From the NCBI GenBank assembly GCA_963762435.1, contig CAVXLN010000011.1, forward strand, positions 50 to 64,049: a stretch of 64,000 nt of DNA, given 5' to 3'. A model generated the notes under the pieces. That model did no database searches. It worked only from the letters and a program-made list of their open reading frames with translations, and was not told the origin of the DNA. How positions within the stretch are numbered: position 1 is the stretch's first letter; each line of letters starts with the position of its first letter. The DNA comes from an uncultured Alphaproteobacteria bacterium (lineage in GTDB: Bacteria; Pseudomonadota; Alphaproteobacteria; ATCC43930; CGMCC-115725). The translations under genes were made by a program, and so were the position numbers. Of the stretch, positions 9,230-18,895 are shown piece by piece.

Positions 9230-9907
9230 CTAATCACCGAAACCGACGAACACGGTCGCGTCCGCTAGGGTCTTGCGTTCCGTCACGACCGCGTTGGCCG
9301 GGAAGCTTTCATCCGGCCAGCCGAGTGCTACGCTCTTCATGATGACTTGATCATCGGCGATTCCGGCGTGCTCGCGCACGACCGGCGACTGCATGATGCC
9401 CTGGCTGTTGATCACAGCACCCAGACCGCGCGACCAGGCGGCGTTGACCAGAGCGTTGGTCACGGCGCCGCAGTCGAAGGGCGTATCGTCGCTGCCGTCC
9501 AACACGCGATCATAGGTTATGATCACGCAGACCGGCGCGTCGAACTGACGAAAGCCACGCATCACCCAGTCCTGGCGCTTGTCCTTGTCATCGCGCGCGA
9601 TCCCCATCGCGGAGAATAATTGCTTGGCGACACCAACCTGCCTGTCGCGGTGCTGACCGGCAAATGCCTGGCCCGTGCGAAATTCGCGCGATTGCGGCAC
9701 GCCCGCCGCCATCCGCTCAGTATTGCCGGCGCGGATCCGCTCCAGCGGTTCGCCGGTGATGATGTAGAAGTTCCAGGGTTGAGTGTTCATCGACGACGGT
9801 GCCCGCATCGCCAAAGCGATGATCTCCTCGATGAGCGCCTTGGGAACGGGATCGGGCTTGTAGCCACGGATGCTCCGGCGGCCGAGGATAACATCGTCGA
9901 ACTGCAT
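9230..9907 (-). CDS. nitroreductase family protein
   Basis: N-terminus LGRRSIRGYKPDPVP...APSSMNTQPW is typical of NAD(P)H nitroreductases. Confidence 0.9.
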   Translation of the reverse strand: MQFDDVILGRRSIRGYKPDPVPKALIEEIIALAMRAPSSMNTQPWNFYIITGEPLERIRAGNTERMAAGVPQSREFRTGQAFAGQHRDRQVGVAKQLFSAMGIARDDKDKRQDWVMRGFRQFDAPVCVIITYDRVLDGSDDTPFDCGAVTNALVNAAWSRGLGAVINSQGIMQSPVVREHAGIADDQVIMKSVALGWPDESFPANAVVTERKTLADATVFVGFGD

Positions 9908-9959
9908 GGAATGTCCCTAGAGTATGGCGTGTCAATCTGGATGGGAGCGGCGCGACACC

Positions 9960-10634
9960 CTAATTCCCCGAGCACACCAGCACGCCCGTCTGGCTCGTGC
10001 AATCCTTCGGCGCCGTGGCGGGCTTGTCGCTCGAGCCGGGTTTGCTCTCGATCGGGTCTTCCAGATGGTCGGCTTCCCGGTTCCGCTCGCGCTCGGTGAT
10101 CTCCCAGAGCTTCTTCTGGAGGGCGAGGGCGGCTTCGAGCTCCGCATTGTCGCTGTCCTTGGCCGTACTCTTGGGCGCGTCGCTCGCCTTCGGCAGCACG
10201 CGGACGATCTCGCCATAGATCTTGGTGAGGTCGGCGGTCGGATAGCCCGAATTGCCCATCACCACGGTCGGCGCATTGATGCAGATCTCGATCCGCTTGT
10301 CGGTCACGTTGCGGATGCGGACATGGAAATAATCGGTGCCGCCCAGCCCCTCCATCCGCACCAGATGCTGCTCGAGCGCCGCGTCGAGCCCGACCTTCTT
10401 GCCATTGACGGTCAGGAACGTGTCGCCCAGCGCGTCGGGCACGCTTGCCAGCTGCACGCCATGGCCGGGCGCGGGCATCTCCTCATCGAGGCAGAAGGCG
10501 CTGACATCGGTGAAGGAGTGCGGCTCCAGCACATAGCAGCCCGGTGCCAGCACCATGCGCTGGAACGGCACGTCGGCGGCCGCCGGCAACAGCGCCAGCG
10601 ACAGGAACAGCAGCATCAACGCCAGGAATCGCAT
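9960..10634 (-). CDS. secreted hypothetical protein
   Basis: Signal peptide MRFLALMLLFLSLALLPAAA. No recognisable domain. Begins 4 nt after the MFS gene stop. Confidence 0.7.
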   Translation of the reverse strand: MRFLALMLLFLSLALLPAAADVPFQRMVLAPGCYVLEPHSFTDVSAFCLDEEMPAPGHGVQLASVPDALGDTFLTVNGKKVGLDAALEQHLVRMEGLGGTDYFHVRIRNVTDKRIEICINAPTVVMGNSGYPTADLTKIYGEIVRVLPKASDAPKSTAKDSDNAELEAALALQKKLWEITERERNREADHLEDPIESKPGSSDKPATAPKDCTSQTGVLVCSGN

Positions 10635-10638
10635 CGCC

Positions 10639-12192
10639 TCAGGCCCGCTTCTCGAGGTCGGGCGCTTTCAGCAGCGGCAGCGTCAGCAGGGCTGCCGCAC
10701 AAAAGAAGCCCAAGAGCAGCCAGCATTCATTGAAGGCCATCACCTGGGCCGCACGATGCACCAAGAGCTCGATCGAGGGGGTGATCTTGTCGAGATTGGC
10801 GATCGGCTGGCCGGTGAAGGCGCCGGTCGGCACGCCCACGAAGGATGCCGCGGCCGCATCGCCGGCATGGAGCCGCGCCATCAGCCCCGGTATATGGCTC
10901 TCGGTGCGGATCTGCAGCAGCGTGTCGACGATCGCGATCCAGATGGCACCGCCCAGATTGCGCGCCAGATTGAAGATGGCGCTGGCATTGGCGAGATCGA
11001 TGCCGTGGCGATGCTCGAGCGCCACCGAGGTGGTCGGGATGATGCACATGAGCACGCCGGCGCCACGCAGCACCTGCGGCCAGAACAGGCCCGCGAAATC
11101 GGTCTCCGGCGTCTCGAACCCGTTGATAAGGAGACCGGCGGCGAAGAGCGCATAGCCGATACCGGTAAGCCAGCGCACCCCGATCCGCCGCACCAGCAGC
11201 ACGGGGGCGGGCAGCGACAGCGTCTGCACCACGCCGGCCACCAGCATGGTCGTGCCGATCTCGAAGGCCGTGTGCAGCCGCACGAAACCCAGGAACACCG
11301 GCAGAAGATAGACCGAGCTATAGAGCACGCCGCCCAGCACGAAGCTGAAGACGCAGCTGGTGGCGAAGCCGGTCTCGCCCAGCAGCCTGAGGTCGACCAG
11401 CGGCCGCGGGCTGGCCAGGCAGCGGCGCGCGGCCGCCCAGCCGCCGCCGAGGCTAATCGCGAACAGCAGCAGCGTGGTGAGGGCCGTCCAGCCATGGATC
11501 GGCCCTTCCTTGAGCCCGATCTCGAGGGAGGCCAGCGACAGCGCCATCAGAATGAGCGTCGGCACATCGAGCCGCTCCTGCGCCGATGCATCGGCCGGCT
11601 CGGTATGGAGCAGCGCCATGGCGACACCCCAGGCGACGAGCCCGGGCCCGAGATTGATCAGGAACAGCCAGGGCCAGGAATAGGTGTCGGTGATATAGCC
11701 GCCCAGCGTCGGCCCGAGCATCGGTGCGGTCATGGCGAAGAGGCCGCCGATGGCGCTCGCCTTCACATGGAGCCGCTCGGGAAACAGCATGAAGATCGCC
11801 GTGAAGGCGGCCGGGATCAGCACGCCGCCCGAAAAGCCCTGGGCGACGCGGAAGCAGATCAGCATGGCGAAGCCGTTGCTGACGGCGCAGCCGACACTGG
11901 CCGCCGTGAAGAGGGCGACAGCACTGAGGAACAGGACCCGCAGCGACAGGCGGACCGTCAGCCAGCCGGTCAGCGGGATGGCGACGATCTCGGCCGTGAG
12001 ATAGGCGGTCTGGACCCAGCTCAGCGACTGGAACGGAATGCGCAGGCCGGCCTGGATCTCCGGCAGCGACGAGGCGACGATCTGGATATCGAGGATCGCC
12101 ATGAACATGCCGAGGCACATGGCGAGGTAGCCAAGCCAGGTGCTGAGCGGAACCGGTTCCGCCTCAGCCTCGAGGCTCGTCGCATAGGCCAT
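10639..12192 (-). CDS. DHA2-family (EmrB/QacA-like) MFS efflux transporter
   Basis: 517 aa with about 14 hydrophobic segments. MFS motifs LDIQIVASSLP and GWLTVRLSLR. Confidence 0.9.
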   Translation of the reverse strand: MAYATSLEAEAEPVPLSTWLGYLAMCLGMFMAILDIQIVASSLPEIQAGLRIPFQSLSWVQTAYLTAEIVAIPLTGWLTVRLSLRVLFLSAVALFTAASVGCAVSNGFAMLICFRVAQGFSGGVLIPAAFTAIFMLFPERLHVKASAIGGLFAMTAPMLGPTLGGYITDTYSWPWLFLINLGPGLVAWGVAMALLHTEPADASAQERLDVPTLILMALSLASLEIGLKEGPIHGWTALTTLLLFAISLGGGWAAARRCLASPRPLVDLRLLGETGFATSCVFSFVLGGVLYSSVYLLPVFLGFVRLHTAFEIGTTMLVAGVVQTLSLPAPVLLVRRIGVRWLTGIGYALFAAGLLINGFETPETDFAGLFWPQVLRGAGVLMCIIPTTSVALEHRHGIDLANASAIFNLARNLGGAIWIAIVDTLLQIRTESHIPGLMARLHAGDAAAASFVGVPTGAFTGQPIANLDKITPSIELLVHRAAQVMAFNECWLLLGFFCAAALLTLPLLKAPDLEKRA

Positions 12193-12195
12193 CGT

Positions 12196-13176
12196 TCAGC
12201 CGACCAGCAAAATCTTGCCGGTGCGGCCGGGCCGCTCGGCATGGGCGACTGCTTGGGCGATGTCGGCGAGGTCGTACTCGGCCTCGGCCGTCGGCACCAT
12301 CTTGCCGCTGGTCAACAGGCGGAGCGTCTCGTTGAAGGCCTTCTCGCGCGCCTCGCGTGGGGTGGCGCGCACCCATTCGCTGAGCCAGAAGCCCATGACC
12401 GTGAGATTGCGGAAGATCAGCCGGGTCGGATCGATCGGCATCGGCTCGAGCGACAAGGCGCCATAGGAGACGAGTGTGGCACCATAGCCCACCGCCTCGG
12501 CGAGCTTGGCACCGGTGGCACCGCCGACCGCATCGATCGCCTTGGTCACCGGCACGCGGCCGGCGATGGCGGTCACCCGGCTCGCCACATCCTCATCCTC
12601 GGTCACGATGATGTGGGCAGCACCCGCCTCCTTGAGGGCTTCGACGCCGGCGCGGCGGCGGATGACGTTGATGAGATTGACGCCGTTCAGCGTCGCGAGC
12701 TGGATCACGAGCCGGCCCATCGTGGAGCCCGCCGCACTCTGGATCACCCAATCGCCGGGCTGCGTCTTCAGCACCTCGAACAGCAAGAGATAGGCCGTCA
12801 GCGGATTGACCAGCATCTGGCAGGCGACGGCGTCGGGCAGATCCGGCGGGGCCGCCAGGAGTGCCGTCTGCGGCGCCAGGAAGGCCTCGCGCCAGGTCCC
12901 TTCGATGCCAAGCGGAATGACCCGCTGGCCGACCGTCCATTGCGTGACCTCGTCCCCGATCTCATCGACCCGCCCGACCGCCTCGAGGCCGGGCACGGCC
13001 GGCGGCTTCGGCAGCCTGCCATAGAGCCCGCGCACGGTCAGGAGATCGGCCGGATGGATCGGCCGCGCCAGCAGCCGCACACGCACCCCGTCGGGGCTCG
13101 GCTTCGGCAGCGGATCTTCGCGGAGCTTCAGCACCGACGCGGGTTCGCCGAATTCTTCGAAGACCACGCTGCGCAT
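12196..13176 (-). CDS. MDR-superfamily NADPH:quinone oxidoreductase / enoyl reductase
   Basis: Start trimmed to MRSVVFEEFG. Contains PGLEAVGRV and the Rossmann motif QSAAGSTMG. Confidence 0.85.
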   Translation of the reverse strand: MRSVVFEEFGEPASVLKLREDPLPKPSPDGVRVRLLARPIHPADLLTVRGLYGRLPKPPAVPGLEAVGRVDEIGDEVTQWTVGQRVIPLGIEGTWREAFLAPQTALLAAPPDLPDAVACQMLVNPLTAYLLLFEVLKTQPGDWVIQSAAGSTMGRLVIQLATLNGVNLINVIRRRAGVEALKEAGAAHIIVTEDEDVASRVTAIAGRVPVTKAIDAVGGATGAKLAEAVGYGATLVSYGALSLEPMPIDPTRLIFRNLTVMGFWLSEWVRATPREAREKAFNETLRLLTSGKMVPTAEAEYDLADIAQAVAHAERPGRTGKILLVG

Positions 13177-13208
13177 CAAGACAACTCCCGCGGTTCTGGC
13201 TTTGCCGC

Positions 13209-14135
13209 CTACCAGGATTTCTGGGTCAGATAGTTCTGTGCCAGAAAACGGTAGAGGTCCTTGATCGTCTTCTCGTTGGCCACGGAAATTTCCGGCGTCA
13301 CGGTCTGCCACTGCTCCAGTATGTCATCCCACAGCATCAGCTGCGCATGCAGCCGGTCACGCACGCCGCGGATCCGGGCGATCGTCTGATCCAGCGATTG
13401 CAGCGACATAACGATGCTTTTGGTCTCGGCATCGCCCTCGCCGAAGACCTTATCGAACGCGTCATAGGGTTTGAGCAGGAGATTATTGACGCGGATCAGC
13501 TCTTCTTCGATCGTCTTGTCGGTCCGATAGGCGCGCCGGAAGGCCGCAACCTTGTTCTGCAGCTGCTTCAAGGCACCGTAGCGCTCGCGCAGCGCCTCGA
13601 CATAGACGAGCTCGCGCGCCAGCTTGTCGATACGGAGTGCCGCTTCCGCCTCCTTCGACGCATCGAGCCCGATCGCCTGGGCCAGCTTGCCATAGCCGCC
13701 CTTGACCCGCGCCACCACGGCCGGATCGTCGACCAGCTGCAGGATCTCGACCGCATCGGTCACGACGCGCTCCTGGCCGTTGAGCCAGCCATTGACTTGC
13801 AGTGTCATCCTGCCTTGCGCGATCTCGAGATGCGACTCATCGACCCGCCAGGAGGCGGTGCCGTCCAGGAGCTCCTGTGGAATCGAGTCGCCCGGCCGGA
13901 TCACCTTCACATATTGCAGGCCGGCGATGACCGTCTCGATAAGGGCGGCATCGGGCGTGCCTTCGAGCTGGAACTCGCGCACGACCGAGTTCAAAGGCAA
14001 CAGCGCATTGAGCTCGCCCAGCGTGATCGCGAGGCACGGCTTGCGGTCGGAACCGAGCAGGAAGCGCGCATCGGGGGTGCGGAAGACCGGATGCGCGAAT
14101 TCGAACAGCGTGCTGCCGGCGGGTATTTTATCCAA
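13209..14135 (-). CDS. hypothetical protein (TTG start)
   Basis: 308-aa ORF with host-like GC3. The only in-frame start near the 5' end is TTG at 14133-14135. No domain recognised. Confidence 0.65.
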   Translation of the reverse strand: MDKIPAGSTLFEFAHPVFRTPDARFLLGSDRKPCLAITLGELNALLPLNSVVREFQLEGTPDAALIETVIAGLQYVKVIRPGDSIPQELLDGTASWRVDESHLEIAQGRMTLQVNGWLNGQERVVTDAVEILQLVDDPAVVARVKGGYGKLAQAIGLDASKEAEAALRIDKLARELVYVEALRERYGALKQLQNKVAAFRRAYRTDKTIEEELIRVNNLLLKPYDAFDKVFGEGDAETKSIVMSLQSLDQTIARIRGVRDRLHAQLMLWDDILEQWQTVTPEISVANEKTIKDLYRFLAQNYLTQKSW

Positions 14136-14254
14136 GGAACGCCCCGATCATTGGCGGCGGCGCAGGCCGCTTTTACGATCCCGCGTCGGCGCCGCCAACC
14201 GGCATCCTGCCCAAAGGAGCGGCCAAGGTCTATTGATAAACGCTGATAGGAATT

Positions 14255-15226
14255 TCAGCTTTCCGGCGAATTTGCCGCTTTTAGCTCGAGTTCTCGCCGC
14301 GCCTCGATGACCCGGACCAGGAATTCGTCCCGCCGCCGCTCCAGCTCGGCGATGGACGCACCGCCGGTCTCGCGCTCGACGCCGTCGATAATCTGCTGCT
14401 GCAGCTCAGGCGTCAGCGACGGGCTGCCGAGCGACTGCCACCAGCTGACCGTGGCCGGCGCCAGGTGCCGCATATAATGTTCCATGCCGCCGGCACCGCC
14501 GGCGAGTGCGAAGGTCAGATGCGGTCCCATCAGGCCCCAGCGCAGCCCCGGCCCTTCCGAGATCGCGGCATCGACATCGGCGACGGTGGCGACGCCCTCG
14601 GCCACGAGATGCACCGCCTCGCGCCAGAGGGCCGCCTGCAGCCGGTTGGCGAGATGGCCCGGCACCTCGCGCCGGATCAGGATCGGATGCTTGCCGATCG
14701 ACTTATAGAAATTCATCGCTTCCATGATGGTGCCATGGCCGGTCTTCAATCCGCCCACCACCTCGACCAGCGGCACGATATGCGGCGGGTTGAAGGGATG
14801 GCCGATGACGCAGCGTTCCGGGAAATTGCACCGCTCCTGCAGCCGGCTGATCAGCAGGCCCGACGAGCTCGACGCGATCACCACCTCGCGCGGCAAGGCC
14901 GAATCGAGCCGGCGGATTAGCTCGATCTTGATCTCATAGCGCTCGGGCGCACTTTCCTGCACGAAGTCGCAGCCATCGACGGCCGCCACCGGGTCGGCAT
15001 TGAAACGCCAGCGCGTCGGCGATGCCGCGGCATCCATGCCCAGCCGCTCGAGGATCGGCCAGGCATCCTCGATCATCCGGGTGACGAAATCGCGCGCTCC
15101 GGGTGCAGGGTCGCTGACCGAGACCTCGAAACCGCGGCCCAGGAAATAGGCGGCCCAGCTGGCGCCGATCGTGCCGGCGCCGATCACGCCGATGCGTCTG
15201 ATATTCGTCGCGTCCGGATCGACCAT
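14255..15226 (-). CDS. 3-hydroxyacyl-CoA dehydrogenase family protein (carnitine dehydrogenase-like)
   Basis: NAD fold IGVIGAGTIGASWA. Start trimmed to MVDPDA, which has GGGAGGGG upstream. Confidence 0.8.
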   Translation of the reverse strand: MVDPDATNIRRIGVIGAGTIGASWAAYFLGRGFEVSVSDPAPGARDFVTRMIEDAWPILERLGMDAAASPTRWRFNADPVAAVDGCDFVQESAPERYEIKIELIRRLDSALPREVVIASSSSGLLISRLQERCNFPERCVIGHPFNPPHIVPLVEVVGGLKTGHGTIMEAMNFYKSIGKHPILIRREVPGHLANRLQAALWREAVHLVAEGVATVADVDAAISEGPGLRWGLMGPHLTFALAGGAGGMEHYMRHLAPATVSWWQSLGSPSLTPELQQQIIDGVERETGGASIAELERRRDEFLVRVIEARRELELKAANSPES

Positions 15227-15431
15227 GGCGATCCCCTCCCTCGCTGAGAGACCGTTATGAAAATGCGTGTCGGGCGCATTTTCGGTGCGCATTTTCAAAA
15301 CAGTCTCTGGCCGCCTATGGTGGCGGCCGCGTTAACCAATGTCAAATGACCGATCCTTGAAACCAAGACACTCGCCCTCGGCGATCTCAAGCCTATATAA
15401 GCACCGACAGAGTTTTCCGCAGGATCGACCA

Positions 15432-15716
15432 ATGGACGACAACACCCGCACCGAGCTCGAGGCCGCCGCGTTCCGGCGCCTGGTCGAGCATCTTCGGGAA
15501 CGCACCGACGTGCAGAATATCGACCTGATGAATCTGGCGGGCTTCTGCCGCAACTGCCTGTCGCGCTGGTATCGCGAGGCGGCCGAGGCGCAGGGCGTGC
15601 CCGTCACCGATCCTCAAGCGCGCGAGATCGTCTATGGCATGCCCTATGACGAGTGGAAGGCCAAGCATCAGACGGGGGCACCCCAGCCGACGCCTGCCGC
15701 CGCGCACAAGCACTAA
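15432..15716 (+). CDS. DUF1244 domain-containing protein
   Basis: Signature LEAAAFRRLVEHLRERTDVQNIDLMNLAGFCRNCLSRWY. Confidence 0.85.
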   Translation: MDDNTRTELEAAAFRRLVEHLRERTDVQNIDLMNLAGFCRNCLSRWYREAAEAQGVPVTDPQAREIVYGMPYDEWKAKHQTGAPQPTPAAAHKH

Positions 15717-15734
15717 GGTTTCGGTTAGCTTCCC

Positions 15735-16571
15735 ATGTCCCCGCTGCCCTTCATCAAGATGCACGGCCTCGGCAATGATTTCGTCGTGCTCGACGGGCGC
15801 GCCGGCGATCTCGGCATCGGCGCCGCCGCGGCGCGCGCGATCGCCGACCGACACACCGGCGTGGGATTCGACCAGCTGATCATCCTGGAGCCGCCCCAGG
15901 CCGACGGCGCCGACATCTTCATGCGCATCCTCAATGCCGATGGCAGCGAGGCCGGCGCCTGCGGCAATGCCACGCGCTGCATCGCCGACCTGGTGCTGCG
16001 CGAGGCCGGCGGAACCGAGATCACGATCGAGACGATCTCGGGCCTCTTGCCCTCGAACCGCCGGCCGGACGGGCTCGTCACCGTCGATATGGGGCCGGCG
16101 CGCACGCGCTGGGACGAGATCCCGCTGGCCCGCGAGATGGATACGCTGGAAGTACCGCTGGGGGTGTCGGCGCTGGGGGCGGCCTGCTGCACCAATATGG
16201 GCAATCCGCACGCCACATTCTTCGTGGCCGATGCCGATGCCGTCGATCTCGACCGGCTTGGTCCCCAGCTCGAGCATCACCCGCTCTTTCCCGAAGCCGC
16301 CAATATCGGCGTCGCCAGCCTCATCGGTCCCGATCGGCTGCGGCTCCGGGTCTGGGAGCGCGGGGTAGGCTTCACGCTCGCCTGCGGCTCGGGCGCCTGT
16401 GCCGCCCTCGTGGCCGCTGCACGCCGCGGCATCACTGGGCGGAAAGCCGAGATCGTCATGGAGCGCGGCTCGCTCCTGCTGGAATGGGCCGAAAACGGCC
16501 ATGTGCTGATGACCGGCCCGGTCGCGACCAGCTTCGCCGGCACGCTAGATACCAGCCTCCTCGGCGCATGA
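15735..16571 (+). CDS. dapF: diaminopimelate epimerase
   Basis: F(I)KMHGLGNDFVVLD start, and both catalytic Cys contexts (GNATRC, ACGSGACA). Confidence 0.95.
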   Translation: MSPLPFIKMHGLGNDFVVLDGRAGDLGIGAAAARAIADRHTGVGFDQLIILEPPQADGADIFMRILNADGSEAGACGNATRCIADLVLREAGGTEITIETISGLLPSNRRPDGLVTVDMGPARTRWDEIPLAREMDTLEVPLGVSALGAACCTNMGNPHATFFVADADAVDLDRLGPQLEHHPLFPEAANIGVASLIGPDRLRLRVWERGVGFTLACGSGACAALVAAARRGITGRKAEIVMERGSLLLEWAENGHVLMTGPVATSFAGTLDTSLLGA

Positions 16572-17821
16572 CCGGCTCCCAGGTCCCAGGCATCCAGGTC
16601 CTGAGCTTCGGCTGCCGGCTCAACCTCGTCGAATCCGAAATCATGCGCGGGCTTGCCCGATCGGCCGGGCTCGATGACACGATCCTCGTCAATAGCTGTG
16701 CCGTCACTGCCGAGGCCGAGCGCCAGACGCGCCAGGCGATCCGTCGCGCCGGGCGCGAGCGGCCTGGCGTGCCGATCATCGTCGCCGGCTGCGCGGCACA
16801 GCTCAGTCCCGATGCCTATGCGGCCCTTCCCGGCGTCACCCGCGTGCTCGGCAACCAGGAAAAGCTCGATCCCGCCGCCTGGTCCGCCCCCGACCGGGTG
16901 CTCGTCGGCGACATCATGGAAGTCAAGGCGACGGCCGCCCATCTCCTCGACGGCTTCGCCGAGAACACCCGCGGCTTCGTCGAGGTGCAGCAGGGTTGCG
17001 ATCATCGCTGCACCTTCTGCGTCATCCCGCTGGCGCGCGGCAACAGCCGCTCCGTCCCGGTCGGCGGCGTGGTCGAGGCGGCGCGGCGTCTCCTCGCCAC
17101 CGGCCATGGCGAGATCGTGCTGACCGGGGTCGATCTCACATCCTATGGCGGCGACTTACCGGGCAACCCCTCACTCGGCCAGCTCGTCCGCCGGCTTTTG
17201 GCCCAGTTGCCGGATCTGAAGCGCTTGCGCCTCTCCTCGCTCGACCCGGCCGAGATCGATGACGAGCTCTGGCGCCTCGTGGCATCGGAACCGCGGCTGA
17301 TGCCGCATCTCCATCTCTCGGTCCAGGCCGGCCACGACCTCATCCTGAAGCGCATGAAGCGCCGGCATCTCCGAGCCGATGTCGTGGCCGTGGCCGAACG
17401 GGCGCGGGCACTCCGGCCCGGCATCGTGCTCGGCGCCGATCTCATCGCGGGGTTCCCGACCGAGACCGACGCGCATTTCGACGCCACACTCGATCTCGTC
17501 GAGCGCGCCGGCCTCGCCTATCTCCATGTCTTCCCTTACTCGCCACGGCCGGGCACGCCGGCCGCCCGCATGCGCGCCGTGCCCGGCGACATCGTGCGGG
17601 CGCGTGCCGCCCGGCTGCGCGCGGCCGGGGTCGCGGCGCGCGACCGGTTCCTGGCCGGTCGCGTGGGCCAAGTGGAAGAGATCCTGATGGAGCGCGGCGG
17701 CATCGGCCGCACGCCGCACTACGCGCCGGTCCGTCCCGGTCGGCCGGCGCCGGCGGGCGAGTTCATGCGGGTTCGGGTGACGGCTTTGAGCGAAGGTATC
17801 TTAGAGGGAGATCCGGTGTGA
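16568..17821 (+). CDS. mtaB: tRNA t6A37 methylthiotransferase MtaB (MiaB-like radical SAM)
   Basis: FGCRLNLVESE N-domain and the radical-SAM motif GCDHRCTFCVIP. The ATG overlaps the dapF stop. Confidence 0.9.
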   Translation: MTGSQVPGIQVLSFGCRLNLVESEIMRGLARSAGLDDTILVNSCAVTAEAERQTRQAIRRAGRERPGVPIIVAGCAAQLSPDAYAALPGVTRVLGNQEKLDPAAWSAPDRVLVGDIMEVKATAAHLLDGFAENTRGFVEVQQGCDHRCTFCVIPLARGNSRSVPVGGVVEAARRLLATGHGEIVLTGVDLTSYGGDLPGNPSLGQLVRRLLAQLPDLKRLRLSSLDPAEIDDELWRLVASEPRLMPHLHLSVQAGHDLILKRMKRRHLRADVVAVAERARALRPGIVLGADLIAGFPTETDAHFDATLDLVERAGLAYLHVFPYSPRPGTPAARMRAVPGDIVRARAARLRAAGVAARDRFLAGRVGQVEEILMERGGIGRTPHYAPVRPGRPAPAGEFMRVRVTALSEGILEGDPV

Positions 17822-18741
17822 GCGACAGCGGCGGTTGGCTCAGCAGGCTGCGGCGCGGGCTCAGCCGCTCCTCCGCACGGCTGGGCGAGGGCATCACCAG
17901 CATCTTCACGCGCCGCCGCCTCGACGATGCGACGCTGGAGGAGTTGGAGGAGCTGCTGATCGCCGCCGACATGGGCACCGGCGTCGCTGCCGAGGTCACG
18001 GCCACGCTGCGCAAGAACCGCTTCGGCCAGGAAGTCTCGCCGGAGGAGGTGCGATCGGCCCTTGCCGGCATCATCGTCGATCTCGTCGAGCCGATCGCGA
18101 AGCCCTTGAAGCTCGATCGATCGAAGAAGCCCAATGTCGTGCTGATGATCGGCGTCAATGGCAGCGGCAAGACCACGACCATCGGCAAGCTTGCCAAGAC
18201 TTACAGCGATGCCGGCCTCAAGGTAAGGCTCGCCGCCGGCGACACTTTCCGCGCCGCCGCCGTCGAGCAGCTCCGGATCTGGGGCGAGCGCGCCAACGTG
18301 CCGATCACCGAGCGCCCGACCGGTGCCGATGCCGCGGGCCTGGCGCTCGACGCCCTGCAGGAGGCGCAGCGCGAGGGCGCCGATCTCCTGCTCATCGACA
18401 CGGCCGGGCGTCTCCAGAACCGCACCGACCTCATGGCCGAGCTGCAAAAGATCGTGCGCGTCTTGAAGAAGGGCGATCCGACCGCACCCCATGCCGTGCT
18501 GCTGGTGCTCGACGCCACGGTCGGCCAGAACGCCCACGCCCAGGCCGAGATCTTCCGCGAGATGGTGGGCGTCACCGGCCTCGTCATGACCAAGCTCGAC
18601 GGCACGGCGCGCGGCGGCGTGCTGGTCAGCCTCGCCGAGAAATACGGGATTCCCATCCATTTCATCGGCGTCGGTGAGACGGCCGAGGATCTCCGGCCGT
18701 TCGAAGCGGAAAGCTTCGCTAGAAGCTTGGTCGGGCTCTAG
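17818..18741 (+). CDS. ftsY: signal recognition particle-docking protein FtsY
   Basis: GVNGSGKTTTIGKLA, DTAGRL and TKLDGTARGG motifs. The GTG start overlaps the mtaB stop. Confidence 0.95.
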   Translation: MSDSGGWLSRLRRGLSRSSARLGEGITSIFTRRRLDDATLEELEELLIAADMGTGVAAEVTATLRKNRFGQEVSPEEVRSALAGIIVDLVEPIAKPLKLDRSKKPNVVLMIGVNGSGKTTTIGKLAKTYSDAGLKVRLAAGDTFRAAAVEQLRIWGERANVPITERPTGADAAGLALDALQEAQREGADLLLIDTAGRLQNRTDLMAELQKIVRVLKKGDPTAPHAVLLVLDATVGQNAHAQAEIFREMVGVTGLVMTKLDGTARGGVLVSLAEKYGIPIHFIGVGETAEDLRPFEAESFARSLVGL

Positions 18742-18767
18742 AAGGGCAAGAACAAAGCTCTTTCAGT

Positions 18768-18809
18768 GGAGCGGGCGTCCCGCCCGCTGGCGGGCAGGAC
18801 GCCCGCTCC
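18768..18809 (+). terminator. compound GC-rich hairpin after ftsY
   Basis: GGAGCGGGCGTCC...GGACGCCCGCTCC (13-bp outer stem) enclosing GCCCGC/GCGGGC. There is no T-tract. Confidence 0.45.
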
Positions 18810-18895
18810 CCACCTTCGTACCCCGGTATTTCACACAAGCGCGACAGGAGCGTGCCAGTGCTATAGTCCTCCGCGACACTTGGCACGGAGGCAGA

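Noticed and set aside
10555-13233. 892-aa plus-strand ORF, the longest ORF in the window
   Set aside because: It is antisense to three well-supported minus-strand genes (MFS pump, quinone oxidoreductase, unknown). Its translation is Arg/Gly/His/Asp-rich junk with no motifs. This is a typical shadow ORF of high-GC DNA.
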